DNA of 32,000 nucleotides from an uncultured Eubacteriales bacterium (GTDB lineage Bacteria; Bacillota; Clostridia; Oscillospirales; Oscillospiraceae): NCBI GenBank assembly GCA_900317375.1, contig ONGJ01000002.1, positions 23,054 to 55,053 of the forward strand, read 5' to 3'. Shown piece by piece: positions 8,390 to 17,509 of this stretch (position 1 is its first letter; each line of letters starts with the position of its first letter). The notes under the pieces were generated by a model. It saw only the letters and a program-made list of their open reading frames with translations, ran no database searches and was not told where the DNA came from. The position numbers and the translations under genes were made by a program.

Positions 8390-10108
8390 ATGAAGAGTTT
8401 GCTGAAACACCTGAAAAAATACTGGTTTCTCGCCCTGCTTGCCTCCGGCTTCATGGTGGCGGAGGTCTATGTGGATCTCTATCAGCCGCGCATGATGCAG
8501 CGCATCGTCGATGAGGGTATCCTGGGGATAAGCAGCGGCGGCGTTTCCAATCTTGATCTGGTCATCTCCACCGGTGTCCGGATGCTGCTGATTGTGATCC
8601 TCGGCGGTCTGTGCGGCATCGGTTCGGCGCTGTTTACCAACATTACCGGCCAGAACTACGGAAACGACATCCGCAAGGCCTGCTTTGAAAGAGTCATGCA
8701 CCTGAGCTTTGAGCAGACCGACCGCTTCTCCACCGGCTCGCTCATCACACGCATCACAAACGACGTCACCCAGCTCCAGCAGCTCGTGATGCAGGTGATC
8801 CGCGGCTTTGTTCGCTGCCTGATGTTTTTCATCGGCGGCACGGCGGCGCTTTTGAGTCTCGACCTGAGCTTTGGCGTGATCGTGGCCTGTGCCTTCCCTC
8901 TTATTCTGATCGACATCATCTTTGTCGTCTGGCGCACCAATCCGCTCTTCACCGTTCTGCAGGAGAGCCTTGACCGCCTCAACAGCATCATTCAGGAGAA
9001 TGTGGCGGGTATCCGTGTAGTCAAGGCCTTCGTTCAGGAAAAGCGTGAGGCCGAGCGCTTCGGCGAGGCAAACCGCCACCTCGTGGATACGCAGTTTACC
9101 GTGCAAGTCATGCTCTCGTTCCTGCGGCCGGTCATGAACATCGTGCTGAACATTGCCGTTGTGGGCATTCTCTATGTGGGTTCGGTGCAGGTGAAGCAGG
9201 GGGACGTCGCCCCCGGCATGGTCATGGCCGCCATCACCTATATTTCGCAGATCCTCAACGGGATGATGATGCTGGCGATGATTTTCCAAACGCTCTCACG
9301 GGGCATGGCCTCGGCCAGACGTCTCGGCGAGGTACTGGATACCGAATCCTCCATCGTCCATGACGAGACGCTCTCCCCCGCTGCCGGCGGCACAGCGGGT
9401 ACGGTCAGTTTCCGGGGCGTGCGTTTTGCGTACGCCGCAAACGGCAAAACCGTGCTGCATCACATTGATCTGGACATTGCCGCCGGCGAGACGCTGGCGA
9501 TCATCGGCGCCACCGGCTGCGGCAAGACCACCCTGGTCAGTCTCATCCCCCGTTTCTATGACGCGGCTGCGGGCCGGGTTCTGGTGGACGGCACGGATGT
9601 CCGCGCCTGGGACCCTGCGGCCCTGCGGGAAAAGGTCACGGTATGCCTGCAGAAGAGCGAGCTGTTCTCCACCACCATCCGGGATAATATCGCCATCGGC
9701 AGACCCGGCGCCTCGCAGCAGGCGGATGGTTTCATCCGGCAGCAGCCGCAGGGCTATGACACGCCGGTTGCCGAGCGCGGCATGAGTCTGTCCGGCGGGC
9801 AGCGTCAGCGCATCGCCATCGCCCGCGCCCTGCTCAAGCGCAGTGAGATTCTGATTTTTGACGACTCCACCAGCGCCCTCGACCTCAAGACGGAAGCAAA
9901 GCTGTATGAAGCCCTCAGCCGGGATTACGCCGATGTGACCAAGATCATCATCGCCCAGCGTATTGCCTCGGTGCAGAACGCAGACCGCATCGTGGTGCTT
10001 GACGGCGGGACCATCGCCGCCTGCGGCAGCCATCGCGAGCTGATGGCATCGAGCCCCATCTACCGGGATATCTACGATTCCCAGCTGCGAGAGGAGGCGA
10101 CGGCATGA
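8390..10108 (+). CDS. ABC exporter half-transporter (TMD-NBD), subunit carrying the degenerate ATP site
   Basis: The track ORF starts at GTG 8384, and ATG at 8390 (MKSLLKHL) is more likely. Walker A is GATGCGKTT and the signature is LSGGQRQR. Walker B is ILIFDDSTSALD (Asp where the catalytic Glu is expected). The H-loop is IIAQR (Gln in place of His). Confidence 0.85.
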   Translation: MKSLLKHLKKYWFLALLASGFMVAEVYVDLYQPRMMQRIVDEGILGISSGGVSNLDLVISTGVRMLLIVILGGLCGIGSALFTNITGQNYGNDIRKACFERVMHLSFEQTDRFSTGSLITRITNDVTQLQQLVMQVIRGFVRCLMFFIGGTAALLSLDLSFGVIVACAFPLILIDIIFVVWRTNPLFTVLQESLDRLNSIIQENVAGIRVVKAFVQEKREAERFGEANRHLVDTQFTVQVMLSFLRPVMNIVLNIAVVGILYVGSVQVKQGDVAPGMVMAAITYISQILNGMMMLAMIFQTLSRGMASARRLGEVLDTESSIVHDETLSPAAGGTAGTVSFRGVRFAYAANGKTVLHHIDLDIAAGETLAIIGATGCGKTTLVSLIPRFYDAAAGRVLVDGTDVRAWDPAALREKVTVCLQKSELFSTTIRDNIAIGRPGASQQADGFIRQQPQGYDTPVAERGMSLSGGQRQRIAIARALLKRSEILIFDDSTSALDLKTEAKLYEALSRDYADVTKIIIAQRIASVQNADRIVVLDGGTIAACGSHRELMASSPIYRDIYDSQLREEATA

Positions 10109-11919
10109 GCGGCAGTATCCAGTCCAGAGCAGCACAGCAGGGCTTTGGGCGGCGCGGCCCCGGCCTTGGTGCCCCCACGGAAAAGCCCAAAGACGGGCGG
10201 CAGACGCTTCGCCGTCTGCTGGCTTACTTCCGGCCGGAGCTGAATTATGTCATCTACCTCGCACTCAGCGTCGTGCTCGGCGTCGCGGCCGGCGTCATCG
10301 CACCGCGCCTGCTGAGCAGCGCAGTCGATGATCTTGTGGCAAGGGACTTTCAGGCCATCCCGCCGATTCTCGGCATGATGCTCTGCGTGTATATTCTCAA
10401 CGGCGTTGCCACGCTCCTGCAGGGCTTTCTGTCCGCACGCCTCGGTCAGCGGGTCATTTATCGGCTGCGTGCAGAGCTTTTCGGCAAGGTCATCTCGCTT
10501 CCCATCCCCTATCTGGACAATCACTCGCACGGCGACCTCATGAGCCGCATGACCAACGACGCTGAAAACGTCTCCAACGTCATCAGTTCCTCGCTGTCTT
10601 CCCTGTTCTCCGGCGTGCTGATGCTCGTCGGCACGGTGGTCATGATGTTCAGCTACAGCGTCCCGCTGACGCTGCTGACCTGCGTGACGGTGCTGCTGTC
10701 GGTCCTCGTGACGCGTGTGATGTCCGTGCTCATGCGGCGCTATTACCTCAAGCGGCAGGTGCTGCTGGGCCAGCTCAACGGCATCGTGGAGGAGAAGGTC
10801 AGCGCCGCAAAGACCGTCACGGCCTATAATCTCCAGGATTCTACCATCCGCGACTTTGCCGAGACCAGCGATGCGCTGACCAAAACCGGCATCATTGCCG
10901 ATGTGATCGGCAACGCCATGGGGCCGCTGATGAACATGATCAACAACTTCTCCTTCGTGATCGTTGCGGCCTTCGGCGCGTGGTTTGCCCTCAGGGGGAT
11001 GATCTCGGTGGGTGTGATCTCCGCCTTTATCATCTACTCCAAGCAGTTCAGCCGCCCCATCAACGAGCTTGCTCAGCTCTACGGTCAGATTCAGACCGCC
11101 GTCGCCGGCGCGGAGCGCATCTTCTCCATCCTTGACGCTGAGAGCGAGGATAAGAGCGGTGACAGCGTACTGCCCATTGACGAGGGCATCATCGAGTTTA
11201 AGCATGTGAATTTCAGCTATGTCCCCGGCAAACGGGTGATACACGACTTCAACCTCAAGGTCGAGGCGGGTAAAAAAATAGCGCTGGTCGGCTCTACCGG
11301 TTCCGGCAAAACCACCATCGTCAATCTGCTGATACGTTTTTATGAGCTGGACAGCGGTACCATCACGGTCGACGGGGTGGATATCCGGAACATCTCCTGC
11401 GATGTGCTGCGCGACGCGGCAGGCATCGTTCTGCAGGACAGCGTTCTGTTCACCGACACTGTGCGCAACAATCTCAAATACGCCGACCGCAGCATCTCCG
11501 ACAAAAAAATGATCGAGGCTGCCGAGAGTGCCAACTGCGACAAGGTGGTCGCTGCGCTGCCGGACGGCTATGATACGGTGCTGACCGCCGCGGGCGCGAA
11601 TCTCTCGCAGGGGCAGCGCCAGCTTCTGACCATCGGGCGGGCCTTCCTCAGCTATCCGAAGATCCTGATTCTGGACGAGGCCACCTCCAGTGTGGACACC
11701 CGCACGGAGAAGCAGATCCAGAACGCCATGGTCAAGCTGATGAAAGACCGGACCAGCCTCATCATCGCCCACCGTCTCTCCACCATCCGCGACGCCGACG
11801 AGATCGTGGTCATGGAGCAGGGCCACATCATCGAGACCGGCACGCATGAAGAGCTGCTCAAAAAGAAGGGTGATTACTATCGCCTCTACATGACCCAGTT
11901 TGCCGGGCAGGAAACGTAA
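10105..11919 (+). CDS. ABC exporter half-transporter (TMD-NBD), subunit carrying the consensus ATP site
   Basis: 604-aa ORF with a 4-nt ATGA overlap onto the previous gene. Walker A is GSTGSGKTT, Walker B is ILILDEATSSVD (canonical Glu) and the H-loop is IIAHR. The signature is deviant (LSQGQRQL). Confidence 0.85.
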   Translation: MSGSIQSRAAQQGFGRRGPGLGAPTEKPKDGRQTLRRLLAYFRPELNYVIYLALSVVLGVAAGVIAPRLLSSAVDDLVARDFQAIPPILGMMLCVYILNGVATLLQGFLSARLGQRVIYRLRAELFGKVISLPIPYLDNHSHGDLMSRMTNDAENVSNVISSSLSSLFSGVLMLVGTVVMMFSYSVPLTLLTCVTVLLSVLVTRVMSVLMRRYYLKRQVLLGQLNGIVEEKVSAAKTVTAYNLQDSTIRDFAETSDALTKTGIIADVIGNAMGPLMNMINNFSFVIVAAFGAWFALRGMISVGVISAFIIYSKQFSRPINELAQLYGQIQTAVAGAERIFSILDAESEDKSGDSVLPIDEGIIEFKHVNFSYVPGKRVIHDFNLKVEAGKKIALVGSTGSGKTTIVNLLIRFYELDSGTITVDGVDIRNISCDVLRDAAGIVLQDSVLFTDTVRNNLKYADRSISDKKMIEAAESANCDKVVAALPDGYDTVLTAAGANLSQGQRQLLTIGRAFLSYPKILILDEATSSVDTRTEKQIQNAMVKLMKDRTSLIIAHRLSTIRDADEIVVMEQGHIIETGTHEELLKKKGDYYRLYMTQFAGQET

Positions 11920-11979
11920 GGATGCTGAAGGATCCTGCCGCTGCGGCAGAGCGGGCCTGATGATGCCCCAAACAAAATC

Positions 11980-12018
11980 GCTCCGGGAGCCTTGGAAGAC
12001 TCCCGGAGCTTATCTTTA
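11980..12018. terminator. Bidirectional intrinsic terminator between convergent genes
   Basis: Perfect 10-bp stem GCTCCGGGAG / CTCCCGGAGC with a 10-nt loop. It is followed by TTATCTTT on the plus strand and by GATTTTGTTT on the minus strand. Confidence 0.65.
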
Positions 12019-12053
12019 CGCCGGCGGCCCGGCATTCCCGGGCTTTTGACCTT

Positions 12054-13151
12054 TCAGCCGTCCTGTGTCACATCGATGATGACATATTCGGATCTCGTCC
12101 CGGTTTTAAACAGAAGCTCCCAGTCCGAGATTCCGGATGTGACAATAAAGTCTGTCCCCTTTCTGTTCTCGTGCCCGTAGGTGCTGTCGAGAATATGAAA
12201 GAGCTCTCCCACATAGGTGATCGGGATCAGCTGACCGCCGTGCGTATGTCCGGAAAGGACCAGGTCGGCAGCAGAATTCGCCTCGTTTTCATAATCGTTT
12301 GGCTGGTGGTCAATCACGATGATGTACTTGTCTGGTTCGATGCCGGAAAGCAGTTCTTCCATGCTCTTGCGGGTTCCGAAAGACCTGTCGCACCTGCCCG
12401 CGATATAAAACCGGCCGTCGACCGGTTCTGTATCGTCCTTCAGGACATGCACGCCGTTGTCACGCAGCGCCTTTTCCAGCTCCGATGCGGTATATTCGAT
12501 ACTTTCGGAATATCCTCTGTCATGATTTCCGTAGGCAAACCAGACGCCCAGAGGGACCTCTATCCCGCCCAGGGCCTGACAGGCCCGGATCATGTCTTCC
12601 TTTCGCGTCCCGTCATCGACAAAATCGCCCGCAATGATCAGAAGATCCGCGTGCTGCTGTTCAATGGCTCGCAGGTGCCCGGCAAATCCTTCTCCGTCAA
12701 AGGTCGTGCCGATATGGCTGTCTGCAATCAGCGCAATTCTCAGCGTTCCGACTTCCTTGTCCGTTCTGATCTGATAGTTCTTCTGCCAGACGTGGCTGCA
12801 GAGCACATATCCGGCGGCAAGGTAGACGACGGAAAATCCCAGAGCAAGCCATCCCTGCCAGTAGACAGCGGATTTTTTCCCCGTCAGCCGTTCGGCGATC
12901 CGTATCACGATCCCGAACAGGAGGAAAAACGCCGCAATATGAAGAAAGATGACAATGGCGTTGACAACCGAGGTGAGCATCGCGGTCAGCGTGAAGCAGA
13001 CTGCAAGGATCCCGAACGAGAGGAGGCGTCCTGCCCATTTTCCGGATCCGGCGATTCGCTTTACCACGTCGAACCGGCCCACGCAGTTCACCAGATAGAC
13101 GACGCTGGCGATCATCAGTACGATAACGACACCGAAGATAAGCAGCCACAT
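12054..13151 (-). CDS. Membrane-anchored metallophosphoesterase (calcineurin-like)
   Basis: 365-aa ORF with four N-terminal hydrophobic segments, then IALIADSHIG, GDFVDDG, GNHD and GHTHGG. Confidence 0.85.
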   Translation of the reverse strand: MWLLIFGVVIVLMIASVVYLVNCVGRFDVVKRIAGSGKWAGRLLSFGILAVCFTLTAMLTSVVNAIVIFLHIAAFFLLFGIVIRIAERLTGKKSAVYWQGWLALGFSVVYLAAGYVLCSHVWQKNYQIRTDKEVGTLRIALIADSHIGTTFDGEGFAGHLRAIEQQHADLLIIAGDFVDDGTRKEDMIRACQALGGIEVPLGVWFAYGNHDRGYSESIEYTASELEKALRDNGVHVLKDDTEPVDGRFYIAGRCDRSFGTRKSMEELLSGIEPDKYIIVIDHQPNDYENEANSAADLVLSGHTHGGQLIPITYVGELFHILDSTYGHENRKGTDFIVTSGISDWELLFKTGTRSEYVIIDVTQDG

Positions 13152-13356
13152 TGCGAGATCGCCTCCTTCCGTCCAGGCTTCGCTTCCATACTATTAGTCC
13201 CGTGCTGTTTTCAGGCAGCGGCCGCGTTCAGGGTTTTCTCTCCGAACTCATCAGGCGGATGACAGGCAGCAGCCTCCCGAATTTTGAAAAACTATAACAC
13301 AGAACGCGCAGGAAGACAACAAAAACTCTCCACAGAATGAAAATGAAGCGAACCGG

Positions 13357-13396
13357 TCCTCAAAAACAAAAACGCCAGACAGATTGTCAGGCGTTT
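13357..13396 (-). terminator. Intrinsic terminator ending the msrA-to-ogg operon
   Basis: The minus strand reads AAACGCCTGACA-atc-TGTCTGGCGTTT (one mismatch) followed by TTGTTTTTG. Confidence 0.6.
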
Positions 13397-13567
13397 CAGC
13401 GATCAGTCCAGAAGATGTGCCCGGCAGCCGATGCTATGATTCTGTCCAGTTCCTGACTCGCGTCCTCCCAGATCCGGTTCGCCTCTTCCCTGCCGAATTC
13501 AGCAATCAGCGTCTTCTTAAACGGCTTAAAGAAATTGTGTTTATCGAGAGAGTTCCAAGATTTTTCT

Positions 13568-14401
13568 TCATGGCTCTTTTCTCTCCTTCTTTCGATAATA
13601 TGCGAACATATATTGCTGATATACTCCGTTGTAGGGCGAATATTTGGTAAACGGATAGCCATTTGGGTATTCATTTGCAAGAATTCTTTTGATCCACACA
13701 TCTTTTGGGAAAGCGTCCATGTGATGCAGGCCGAAGAGTGAAACACAACTCGCCACTTTCATTCCAACGCCATAGAGGGACATCAAAGCTTTGGTTGTCT
13801 GTTCCTCTTCCTTGTCCCGCAGCAGGTTCAAATCCAGGTATCCATTCTTCACAGCTAAGGCTGCTTCAAGAACGTATTTCCATCGATAACCAAGGCTGCA
13901 CGCTCGCAGATCCTGTTCACTGCACTTAGTAATTGCCTCCGGTGTCGGGAATGCATAATATTCTCTCTCTCTACTGTCAGTTCTCCTTTCTCCGCATAGC
14001 TTTGACAGCATTTCTACCGATCTCCGTATTGCCGGTATGTTTTTATTCTGCGATATAATGAAAGTGACCAGTATTTCCCATGGTTCCTGGCGCAAAATGC
14101 GGATTCCGCGCTCATGCTCAGCGGCCAGCCATAGAAAGGGATCTTCGCCCTGATCAATCCGTGAGCGTATCCCTGCATAGTTTTCCTGAAAGTCAAAATA
14201 ATCCGTCCAGACAGCGGCGAATTCTTTTTCATCGCATGAAAAAGAATACCACTGTTCCTGAAGGGATTCCACATAGACACATCGTTTTCCGTGCAGAATC
14301 CGGTAACCGTCCTTAGCTATTTTCTCCCATCTGAAGCATTGCCCGCTGGAAGCAATCTTTTCAAGGTCATAATCATCTGTGATCCGTACGCTTATGCTCA
14401 T
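13568..14401 (-). CDS. ogg: 8-oxoguanine DNA glycosylase / AP lyase (HhH-GPD superfamily, Ogg type)
   Basis: 277-aa ORF. The N-terminal SGQCFRWEKI is typical of Ogg. The HhH-GPD element GVGMKVASCVSLFGL...DAFPKDVWIKRI carries the catalytic Lys and Asp at the spacing seen in OGG1 (GVGTKVADC...VDVH, recalled). Confidence 0.8.
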   Translation of the reverse strand: MSISVRITDDYDLEKIASSGQCFRWEKIAKDGYRILHGKRCVYVESLQEQWYSFSCDEKEFAAVWTDYFDFQENYAGIRSRIDQGEDPFLWLAAEHERGIRILRQEPWEILVTFIISQNKNIPAIRRSVEMLSKLCGERRTDSREREYYAFPTPEAITKCSEQDLRACSLGYRWKYVLEAALAVKNGYLDLNLLRDKEEEQTTKALMSLYGVGMKVASCVSLFGLHHMDAFPKDVWIKRILANEYPNGYPFTKYSPYNGVYQQYMFAYYRKKERKEP

Positions 14402-14898
14402 TCTTCAGGTTCCAGGCAAAACACATTCCGAAGCAGATGTTTTCCGCTCTTGGTCTTCATGATTTTTCCCATGAAGTTTTTCAAATTTCCCCCACTATAC
14501 TCATTCTCTGATGCGTTTGCGATGTAATCCGCCTCGATCAGGATCTGATAATCGATCCCATCGATATCATTGAATGTATGGTGATGCCCGATCAGGAAGG
14601 CAACCCTATCGATTTGTTTCTTCTCCATCCCGGAATCTGCCAGAAAATCTTTGACAAGTTTCTCTCCTTCTGCCTCCTGGTACTTTCCGTTGGTATTTCC
14701 ATACTTTTCCCGGCAAAGCGGACAGGCAATATCGTGGGTAAGCGCCGCAACTTCAAGGATAAACTGAGTATCCGCATCCAATCCTTCCAATTCACCGATT
14801 GTCTTTGCGTAGGCCCACACACGGATCAAATGATCTATATCGTGGATATTACCTTTGGAGAATACAATCATCTTCTCCAGTATCTGAGATATGGTCAT
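14398..14898 (-). CDS. HD-domain metal-dependent phosphohydrolase
   Basis: H...HD...H pattern: HLIRVWAYA, ALTHDIA, LIGHHH. The start is set at MTISQ (14898), which forms an ATGA overlap with the stop of the upstream gene. The track ORF extends to 14949. There is a 4-nt overlap with ogg at the 3' end. Confidence 0.7.
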   Translation of the reverse strand: MTISQILEKMIVFSKGNIHDIDHLIRVWAYAKTIGELEGLDADTQFILEVAALTHDIACPLCREKYGNTNGKYQEAEGEKLVKDFLADSGMEKKQIDRVAFLIGHHHTFNDIDGIDYQILIEADYIANASENEYSGGNLKNFMGKIMKTKSGKHLLRNVFCLEPEE

Positions 14899-15134
14899 CG
14901 CTTTATCAACTCCAGTTTCTCTTCTCTGGTCATGTGCTTGATGTTCCACTCACGGCTCAGAGCATCGTGCCGGTTCTCATACTCCTCATAATACGTAAGC
15001 TCGACCGGTCTGCGTGATTTCGTATACTTTGCCCCTGTTCCGGCGTTATGTGCCGCAATCCTGTGTTTCAGATCTGTTGTCCAGCCGCAATATAGTGTAT
15101 CGTCGGAGCATCTCAGAATGTAGACATAGTTCAT
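14895..15134 (-). CDS. GIY-YIG nuclease superfamily protein (small stand-alone UPF0213/YhbQ-like)
   Basis: YVYILRCSDDTLYCGWTTDLKHRIAAHN...SREWNIK. The start is placed at MNYVYIL (15134), giving an ATGA overlap with the lipoprotein gene. The track start is 15149. Confidence 0.75.
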   Translation of the reverse strand: MNYVYILRCSDDTLYCGWTTDLKHRIAAHNAGTGAKYTKSRRPVELTYYEEYENRHDALSREWNIKHMTREEKLELIKR

Positions 15135-15427
15135 GACATGTCGTCCCATGCGAACAATACACGCACATCAACGTTTTGTTTGGGCATCACAAACTGAAAA
15201 ACATCTTCCTGCACAGCAGTAACCTCCGCTCCGCTGGCCGATACTTCGACCCAGCCGTCTGTAACACATTTCGTCTCAACGGTCACGGTTTCTCCAGCTT
15301 TTGCGGTCTTCGGACAGGAGATTACAAGATCTGCGCCGCCTGCAATATTGATCCGATACCGATTGCCACAGGCGCAGAGACTGAGTGCCAGAAGCAGAAC
15401 AAGGAGTACTATCAGGCGCTGTTTCAC
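15131..15427 (-). CDS. Small lipoprotein
   Basis: 98 aa with signal peptide plus lipobox MKQRLIVLLVLLLALSLCACGN. There is a 4-nt overlap with the upstream gene. Confidence 0.65.
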   Translation of the reverse strand: MKQRLIVLLVLLLALSLCACGNRYRINIAGGADLVISCPKTAKAGETVTVETKCVTDGWVEVSASGAEVTAVQEDVFQFVMPKQNVDVRVLFAWDDMS

Positions 15428-15903
15428 TCGTATATCACCTCGGTATTCCCCGGTATCCTTCGCAGGATATAGTCTCTCACAAAGCCAAAATCCTCATGTG
15501 GCACGAAGAATGGCGCGGATACCACAAGCCCCTTCACTTCGATCATGTTTCTCGCATTATACACATGAACCTTGCGAATATCCTTGTATGCGAAGCGTGT
15601 GTCCTCCCTGCCATATCCAACATATCGCAAGCATTCATCATTCATCTCATATTTCTGCTGTCTACCCTTTGACGCCCGCATAAGCGGTACGGTAACGGCA
15701 GTGACAATCGCCATGACACCAAGGCATGTCAGCAACGTGACCCCGAGCATCTCCGCATTGACCATAAGCGCCATCACAATGAACACAATGCATGTCCCGC
15801 CCATGGCGCCATAGATGATTCGAATTGTCTTTTTATCACATTGTTCGTCAATGGTTCCGGCCCAATGGTACGTTCCTTGCTCGTCTCTTGTTATACTGCT
15901 CAT
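15424..15903 (-). CDS. Hypothetical membrane protein (two TM segments, soluble C-terminal domain)
   Basis: 159 aa with the hydrophobic stretch IIYGAMGGTCIVFIVMALMVNAEMLGVTLLTCLGVMAIVTAVTVPLM. No motif recognised. Confidence 0.5.
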   Translation of the reverse strand: MSSITRDEQGTYHWAGTIDEQCDKKTIRIIYGAMGGTCIVFIVMALMVNAEMLGVTLLTCLGVMAIVTAVTVPLMRASKGRQQKYEMNDECLRYVGYGREDTRFAYKDIRKVHVYNARNMIEVKGLVVSAPFFVPHEDFGFVRDYILRRIPGNTEVIYE

Positions 15904-15918
15904 ATTCCCCGCTCTCCT

Positions 15919-16830
15919 TTAAGCGTATGTGCGTAAAACATGCCGGACTGACCCGAGATAAGATCCGCCGAACAGGTTCAGATGGTTCAGCAGATGATAC
16001 AGGTTGTAAAGCTCACGGCGTTCTCTGTATCCCTGATCGATTGGACTTATTTCGTTGTACGCCTGATAGAACCTCTGTGGAAAGCCGCCGAACAGTTCCG
16101 TCATGGCCAGGTCCGCTTCCGAATGGCCAACATATACAGCCGGATCAATCAGCCATGCCTCTCCATCACTCCCCGTGATATAGTTCCCGCTCCAGAGGTC
16201 GCCATGAAGAAGCGATGGAAAATCCGGCTCCGGAAGATACTCCGCCAGATTGTCCAGGATCCGGCTGATCTGTTTCCTATCCGTGCTGTCAAACCAGTCC
16301 TCAGCCTTACTCAGCTGCGGTACGAGCCGGTGATCACGAAAGAATATCACCCAACTGTCTTCCTGTGTGTTTTCCTGCACCCCCGCTCCGATGAAGTTGT
16401 CCTGGCTGAATCCGAAGCCTTGGATGAATCTGCCGGTGTCTGCTCTGTGCATTGCCGCAAGACTGTGCCCGAAATTCTCGTAGAACTTCGGTACAGGTTT
16501 TCCCTGGCTCCATTCGAGAAGCAGAAAAGCGCCGTAGCTGTTATCCACACCTGTTCCCAGCACTGCGGGTACCCGGATGGTTTCTGTCTCTGCAATGGCA
16601 TGCAATCCGGCAATCTCAGCCAGGAAGAAGTCATAATTCTCTCTTCGGTTTGCCTTCATAAAGAAAAGCTGTCCGTTTACAGTCAGCTTGTATGCCCGGT
16701 TGATATCACCGCCGGAAACCGATTGAACCGCTACGTCTCCTGCACCGGCTGTCTTCATAAGGACGGCCCAGAGTGAATCGTACTTCAGTTTCTCATTATC
16801 TTCTCTCATATTGTTGCCCCTGCAAAACAT
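15919..16830 (-). CDS. Fructosamine/ketosamine-3-kinase family protein
   Basis: 303-aa ORF with SVSGGDINRAYKL and the family-typical LLHGDLWSGN catalytic loop. The start is possibly the internal MREDNEK (16809). Confidence 0.8.
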   Translation of the reverse strand: MFCRGNNMREDNEKLKYDSLWAVLMKTAGAGDVAVQSVSGGDINRAYKLTVNGQLFFMKANRRENYDFFLAEIAGLHAIAETETIRVPAVLGTGVDNSYGAFLLLEWSQGKPVPKFYENFGHSLAAMHRADTGRFIQGFGFSQDNFIGAGVQENTQEDSWVIFFRDHRLVPQLSKAEDWFDSTDRKQISRILDNLAEYLPEPDFPSLLHGDLWSGNYITGSDGEAWLIDPAVYVGHSEADLAMTELFGGFPQRFYQAYNEISPIDQGYRERRELYNLYHLLNHLNLFGGSYLGSVRHVLRTYA

Positions 16831-17050
16831 GCATGTCTTGGGAAGGAAATCCAGACATCACCATCATTTCATCCGTAAACGGAATCAGGCTCTGTCCGAC
16901 AGGCTTTGCTTCGGAAAGAAGTTCGGAGATTTTCATATTCTGCTGCTCGGGAAGGACATCCCGAACCGTATAACCAAGCCGTAATGACAGAAGCCTGATC
17001 GCGGTACGCTTTGCTTCGTCATTGATGTTGAAGAGCAACAGTGTCGCCAT
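16796..17050 (-). CDS. Small hypothetical protein, DUF3783-like, possibly 3'-truncated
   Basis: 84 aa: LLFNINDEAKRTAIRLLSLRLGYTV...EMMVMSGF resembles the N-terminal two thirds of DUF3783 as I recall it. The ORF then runs into the start of the kinase gene. Confidence 0.35.
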   Translation of the reverse strand: MATLLLFNINDEAKRTAIRLLSLRLGYTVRDVLPEQQNMKISELLSEAKPVGQSLIPFTDEMMVMSGFPSQDMHVLQGQQYERR

Positions 17051-17059
17051 TTCGATTCC

Positions 17060-17509
17060 TCACCCAAATCTTCTTCTGTATTCCCGCTGAATCCTGGCCA
17101 GTTCATCTGTATCCACATCCGTGTATCTGCTGAGCATTTTCAGTTCTCCCAGGCAATAAGTGATCTGGTAACTGATACGGATCATCTTTTTTGCCAGGCT
17201 GTTGCATCGGATATAGGAAACCGTTGGCAGCTCAATGTTGCCGAATAGTCCCCAGTTGATCTGCGCTTCCGTTGCACCGGCTTTCCGCAACTCTTTATGA
17301 ATCTTTCCCAGCAGATCATCATACTTTCCCATAAAGTCCTCTAAATCTGCTTTCGCATCAAGTAAAATATTTTCTATTACCGCCGGGTCATTCAAATCCC
17401 TACCAGCGGTGAGATAGTCTTCCTCAAACAAAGAAGCCAGCTCATCGACAGCGTCCTCAGATTCTGGGTCAATCTGCGCCATGCGCTCGGTGAATTCTTT
17501 TCTTGTCAT
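17060..17509 (-). CDS. Hypothetical acidic protein
   Basis: 149-aa ORF with a 4-nt ATGA overlap onto msrA. No recognisable motif. Called coding from its operon context only. Confidence 0.45.
   Translation of the reverse strand: MTRKEFTERMAQIDPESEDAVDELASLFEEDYLTAGRDLNDPAVIENILLDAKADLEDFMGKYDDLLGKIHKELRKAGATEAQINWGLFGNIELPTVSYIRCNSLAKKMIRISYQITYCLGELKMLSRYTDVDTDELARIQREYRRRFG

Noticed and set aside
13396-13746. A 116-aa minus-strand ORF whose last ~55 codons (…FKKTLIAEFGREEANRIWEDASQELDRI…) lie downstream of the ogg stop.
   Set aside because: All its possible start codons lie well inside ogg in another frame, and there is no ATG/GTG/TTG after the ogg stop. It ends right at the terminator. 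At best it is a decayed fragment of a former gene, so I did not call it.
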